Origin: Flectonema sp. DT1601
Lineage: Eukaryota
Assembly: GCA_964019425.1 (NCBI GenBank)
Contig: OZ025785.1
Coordinates: 930,001-994,000 of the forward strand
Direction of reading: 5' to 3'
Length of the DNA stretch: 64,000 bases
The first letter of the stretch is position 1. The number at the start of each line of letters is the position of its first letter. The notes under the pieces were generated by a model, which saw only the letters and a list, made by a program, of their open reading frames with translations, made no database searches and was not told the DNA's origin. This document shows positions 59,609 to 64,000 of the stretch, piece by piece. A program made the translations under genes and the position numbers.

Positions 59609-60580
59609 CTAAAGTTTTTTTTCAACGCAATCAACGCTAATTATTGGAAATGATAAAAACACGGTTGTGCAATCAGTAATCCCTTTCTCTGTAAGAACAT
59701 CATCGGGATTGCATATCGATCCTTTAAAAACAATTGTTTGCTTTCCAATTGGTATCCCAGTTGACGCTTCCACTGACATCATTAAATCAATAGCAGTCGC
59801 AGTTGGAGATAATTTCTTAATAAGAATTTGTTGGCAAACAGAGCTAACGTAAACGTTTATAAACGAATTACATGAAACTCGACTACCATACGTTTTCAGA
59901 CAGAGAGGCAAGGCACCTACATGAGTTGCAACACACTCAAGCAATGGGACCTTGCAAATAGCAGGGAGAGAGTGGAGTCTGTAGCAACCATTGATGTTCA
60001 ATTCCTTTAGAAAAGGGAGTTGTAAATTTGATAAATCACACACATTGTGACACCAAGACAGGTCCAATAGCTCTAACAACGAACACTTAGAAGAGAGAGC
60101 CTCCCATAAATGATCAGTTGCATTAGTATGAGAAAGATTCATCCTTCGAAGTCCACTCCACAGAAGACCAGAGATCGACTCTGTGGGTAAATGTTTTTGT
60201 TTCACACTGAGTAACGGTGTCCAGTCACTAAAAGCAGTTAGTAAACGACGAGACGTTAACCTGCACGAGAGAGCATCCTTGTATCTCAAGTAGGATAATA
60301 TTACTCCAAATAGTTTCACATCCATCGAATCAATCTTCGACCGAACCTTAGCAACGACAACAACTCCACACTTCTCTAACATCGCATAGTTCTCAAAACC
60401 GGAGACCTCTTCCCCACAACACAATACTTGCAATTTTGCATCTCTCAACTCTGTTACCATTCTTACTAAACCCTCTTCTACAGCGCTAGCACTCAGCTCA
60501 CCATCAGGGTAGTCAATGTCAACGGCAGATGTGTATTTTCGTCCTGCAACAGTGACATGAAGAGTCACTCTCTTCTTCAT
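59609..60580 (-). CDS. F-box/LRR protein with C-terminal ubiquitin-like domain
   Basis: LFGVILSYL..SCRLTSR (F-box-like), LELLDLSWC and LKELNINGC (cysteine-containing LRRs), TGIPIGKQTIVFKG..L...GI (UBL). Confidence 0.75.
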   Translation of the reverse strand: MKKRVTLHVTVAGRKYTSAVDIDYPDGELSASAVEEGLVRMVTELRDAKLQVLCCGEEVSGFENYAMLEKCGVVVVAKVRSKIDSMDVKLFGVILSYLRYKDALSCRLTSRRLLTAFSDWTPLLSVKQKHLPTESISGLLWSGLRRMNLSHTNATDHLWEALSSKCSLLELLDLSWCHNVCDLSNLQLPFLKELNINGCYRLHSLPAICKVPLLECVATHVGALPLCLKTYGSRVSCNSFINVYVSSVCQQILIKKLSPTATAIDLMMSVEASTGIPIGKQTIVFKGSICNPDDVLTEKGITDCTTVFLSFPIISVDCVEKKL

Positions 60581-60964
60581 ATCATCTCCATAAATAGCTC
60601 AACCTGATGAAATTTCTAAAGTTGACTTCGTGACTTACGCCACACCGAAACTACGCCAAACAGAACCCTTTTTTCACATTGAAAACCATGAAAATTATCT
60701 AAAATTAACATCAGAGGGAATATGAATTCTAAAGTATAATAAGATTTCTTTTGAAAAAAAAAAAAGATTCTTTCTTCTTTTTTCTTCTTTGGTTTGGCTA
60801 CAGATATGGTAGGACCTGGGGAACTGGCCCAAAATTTGTGATGCAGTTTATCTTTTTAGCGCACACTCATTTAACATAAGGATCGCTGGTTCGAGTGTTT
60901 GCTCTCCTGCCATACATGCCTCTCAAAAGAAATTATCAATCATCTCCTGTTTGACAGTACTTCG

Positions 60965-62095
60965 TTTGTCTGTTTCAGGCTTTGCCTGTGATGCACTTTC
61001 TGCTGTATGGGTTATCAACCGTGGTTTCGGCCTCTCCGTTCGGGTGCATGCCAGCTTCACCCCTTGGTCCGCCATTCTAACACCATTTTGTTCTCGTCTC
61101 CAAGAAAATTATCCTCTATTTTGAGGATCTATTATTTTGATTGGTTTTGCTATAATCTCTTTTGTTGTGAAGTTCGCAACTATTTGTCCAATGGGACACC
61201 CCTGGGAATACCTTCTACTGAAAAGTATCCCAGGGACTTCACCCAATGCTTTTTCTTACTTGGTCCCTACTAACTGATGTATTGTTCTCTCAAGGTTTCT
61301 ATACACCAATGTTCGCATAAAAATAATACATGATGTGCTGCCGCCTTTCCAAGTTTACAGAAAAAGCACAGCTCGTTCAGTCCTTTGATTATCAGAGATC
61401 TGCAATGTCCCACTCTAAAGCGTGACATCAGTACTTCCTCTGGTCGTGTTAGAACTTCGATGTACGGAGTGTCTTACCCCTCCTGGTCCAATCCAGTTCT
61501 CCCGTTTTCTCCGCTTGTGAAACGTCATCAATGTTCCCATGTCAAGTTGAGTGGGCAGTTGTTTAATAATAACATCTTCGTGAGGTGGACCAGTTGGTCC
61601 GCTACTTCGTTGTACCGCACGTTTCTGTGTGCCAGTACATACTGCATGTTGACTTGGATTCCCTTCTTCTCCAATTTCATTGCCAACTTCCAGATCTTTT
61701 TGTTCATTGGGGACCTTTGTTTATATGGCCCTTGTTCCAATGCCTGCATGACTGACATCGAATCAGTCAACAGGTGCGTCGTTGTTGTTAGAGATTCATG
61801 TTCATCCTCCGCCACCTGAACTAAATTTTCCAACGCCAGTTTCACTGCAATCTGCTCGCGTCTGGATTTGTGTCGTATCGACCCATCAGTGTGGACTTTC
61901 ATCTCGTGAGTTGGTAGTTCAGTTTCTCGCTGTTCAGCCTCTTCCTTGTTGCTTGAATATGTGAATCTCATCGCATTAGTACTTTTCCATGGAGAGAGTG
62001 TAGTGTTCTGGGTTCACTTTCAGGTTGGTAATTGTCAAGGCCAGGGATATCAGAGACATAGTCTATCCAGACATTCCATCCCATTTTGATTTTTC
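60965..62095 (-). pseudogene. Degraded LINE fragments: C-family ORF1 (60965-61255) joined to B-family ORF2 3' part (61273-62095)
   Basis: Similar to about 41975-42280 and 43140-44105, with deletions. Confidence 0.88.
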
Positions 62096-62109
62096 CCTCA
62101 AAAATGAGC

Positions 62110-63470
62110 CTCTGTACTTGTACATTATTCCCCTAATCAAAATGGTGCAAAATCCGGTAAAAAACCAGGAGAAACACTAATGCACTTTCCGATTTTCACT
62201 GCAACTGTAAATTTTCCCCAAGAGCCAGATTCCAAAAGTGACACAAGCAAGGCAGGAAGTGAAAACAACAATGAATAAAGAAGATCAGGAGTGTAACCAA
62301 AAAGAGAGAGAGAAAAATTATTTTCAACTGAACGAGTCTGGTAGGCCGGTAGCAAGACTATTCTCAAGCACTGGATGAGTCAAGAAGGCGAGTGATCTGT
62401 TGATGTTGACAGACCGGAAGCCCTGCACACATACCGTTCTTTGCATGCACTCAGTAAATTTTTCAGAGGCTGAGCACACTATCAGGACCTGACGAACAAC
62501 CCAACCTTTCCGTGAGTACTTGTCTTTGCTAATCTCGTCAAGTCGGATGAACATCATACAAACGTTATCTCAACATCCGTGTGCGGGTGTTATCTTCCTC
62601 ATCTCGGTTTAGCCCTGCACCATCTGCGGATTCTCGAAGGAAACTGGTAGCCTACGATGCTTCAGTAAAACGTTCAGGTTCCTAACCACAAACGTTTTTC
62701 TCTCTAGGCTTTTACTCTTTTACTACGGACTCTCGCTTAAAGAGATTAAGAAAATCTCCAAGTGCGTAGCTGACTATGTGCACATATGAAAAAAGTTGGA
62801 GGAATTGCTAGTTTGTTGGGTTATATTCGTAGCAGCTTCACGGTGACGGCGGCCTTACCGAGAATTATCCCTGGTTATTACGTGTTGAAAGTCACAGGTT
62901 ATAGTGTCAAAATAATACTCGCGTGGGTGGTTGCTCTCTTCGGAGAGCATAACTTCAGACCCGTCAATTCACGGCGCTTATCTTTACGCACATCTTTAGT
63001 TGAACGAGTTCAAGTCACTTCCCTGCATAGCAGATCCGTGTCCTCTGTATTAACGCTATACTAAGTGTGACTGTGACTGATACACGTAATGGTTGGGTTC
63101 TTTAAGTACTCAGGACTGGTTGCTTGCTAATGTGAATGCTGACGTTCGAATTCCCCGACTTTCAAGTAAATTTAGGTGAATGATTTCTCTTGTTTTCTGT
63201 CTGACGCTTGTGATGCACCTCTTGTATTCTAAGTCACAGGTGTATGAGTAATAGAGTGCTTTTTTTTTTTTTTTTTGTGTGCACAGCAGGTTCCTTCGAC
63301 CTGCTTTGCTGTTTGCGCTGTTAGGCGCGGTTGTTCTTTCTTTCTTCTGTAAACTTTCTTTTTGTGGGGATTGGGGAGTGCTGCGGAATTTAGCAAATTT
63401 TTTTTGAAGGAAAATTAAAAATGGACAGACAGGAGGGGATGCAACTAAGTGAATATTTTTTCTCCTTTCA
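62110..63470 (+). repeat. Paralog of the 36600-36986 tRNA-Phe upstream flank, interrupted by repeat Y (62419-63253) and a B-like LINE 3' end (63260-63385, minus strand)
   Basis: 62110-62405 resembles 36600-36885 and 63396-63470 resembles 36915-36986. 62419-63253 is near-identical to 30730-31553 inside the TIR element. Confidence 0.85.
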
Positions 63471-63472
63471 GA

Positions 63473-63479
63473 GCCGCTT

Positions 63480-63528
<49 letters not shown>

Positions 63529-63545
63529 AATCCCAGGTGGTGGCA
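63473..63545 (+). tRNA. trnF-GAA: tRNA-Phe(GAA), identical to 50191-50263
   Basis: Same 73-nt sequence with a T6 terminator. Confidence 0.97.
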
Positions 63546-64000
63546 TTTTTGATATTCTGTCAAAATGAAGAGATGATGCAGGTGTGTTAACAAACACTAA
63601 TTAATGTTCGAAACGAATTTTAAACTTTTGCTGCAAAGCTGCATACGATTTGCATCGTGAATGTTAATAAGATTAAACTAAACTGAGGGAAGTGAAAAAA
63701 AAAAAAAAACATCCTAAACGATGTGCAATTGGTGTCTGAGACTGGTAAGTGGAACACAGCTGCCCACTATTTAGTTTATCACTAAGTGTTTGTCATGGCA
63801 CCCTAGTAGTGGTAGATTCCAAATACAGTTGCTATAGCAAATAATCCCTGTTTTTTTGTTTCGGTGGAAGTCTGTTGATAGTAAAAAGAATTGGCTTTAT
63901 CTAACCCTTACACCTAAAAAAAAAAAATCGCTATTTCGCAGGAGAGGTATTGAGGGCACTTCCATCTATGTCAAATGGTAAATTTTCCATTTGCTAAAGC

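Overview
AT-rich eukaryotic DNA, most likely euglenozoan (diplonemid-like). All supportable host genes lie on the minus strand, several have short GT-AG introns, and a near-perfect spliced-leader 3' half is present at 50123-50144. Positions 1-28 kb are a dense unidirectional gene run: FMO, coiled-coil protein, YggS/PLPBP, PI-PLC, U2A', FOXRED2-like oxidoreductase, mitochondrial carrier, two methyltransferases, glyoxalase II and a chromodomain-ART fusion. Positions 28.5-50.3 kb and 60.7-63.5 kb are mobile-element islands built around Pol III-type genes (two identical tRNA-Phe(GAA) and three unusual tRNA-like genes with an extended anticodon arm). The highlight is a 13.2-kb nested non-LTR retrotransposon insertion (APE-RT-RNase H) whose 6-bp TSD ends 2 nt upstream of tRNA-Phe, with the paralogous empty site in the same window. 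It has an SL relic at its 5' end, a second LINE nested in ORF1 (7-bp TSD) and an in-frame UGA plus 2A-like ORF1/ORF2 junction. A TIR element with a 9-bp TSD sits 3 nt upstream of a tRNA-like gene. All calls were made by eye; no database searches were run.
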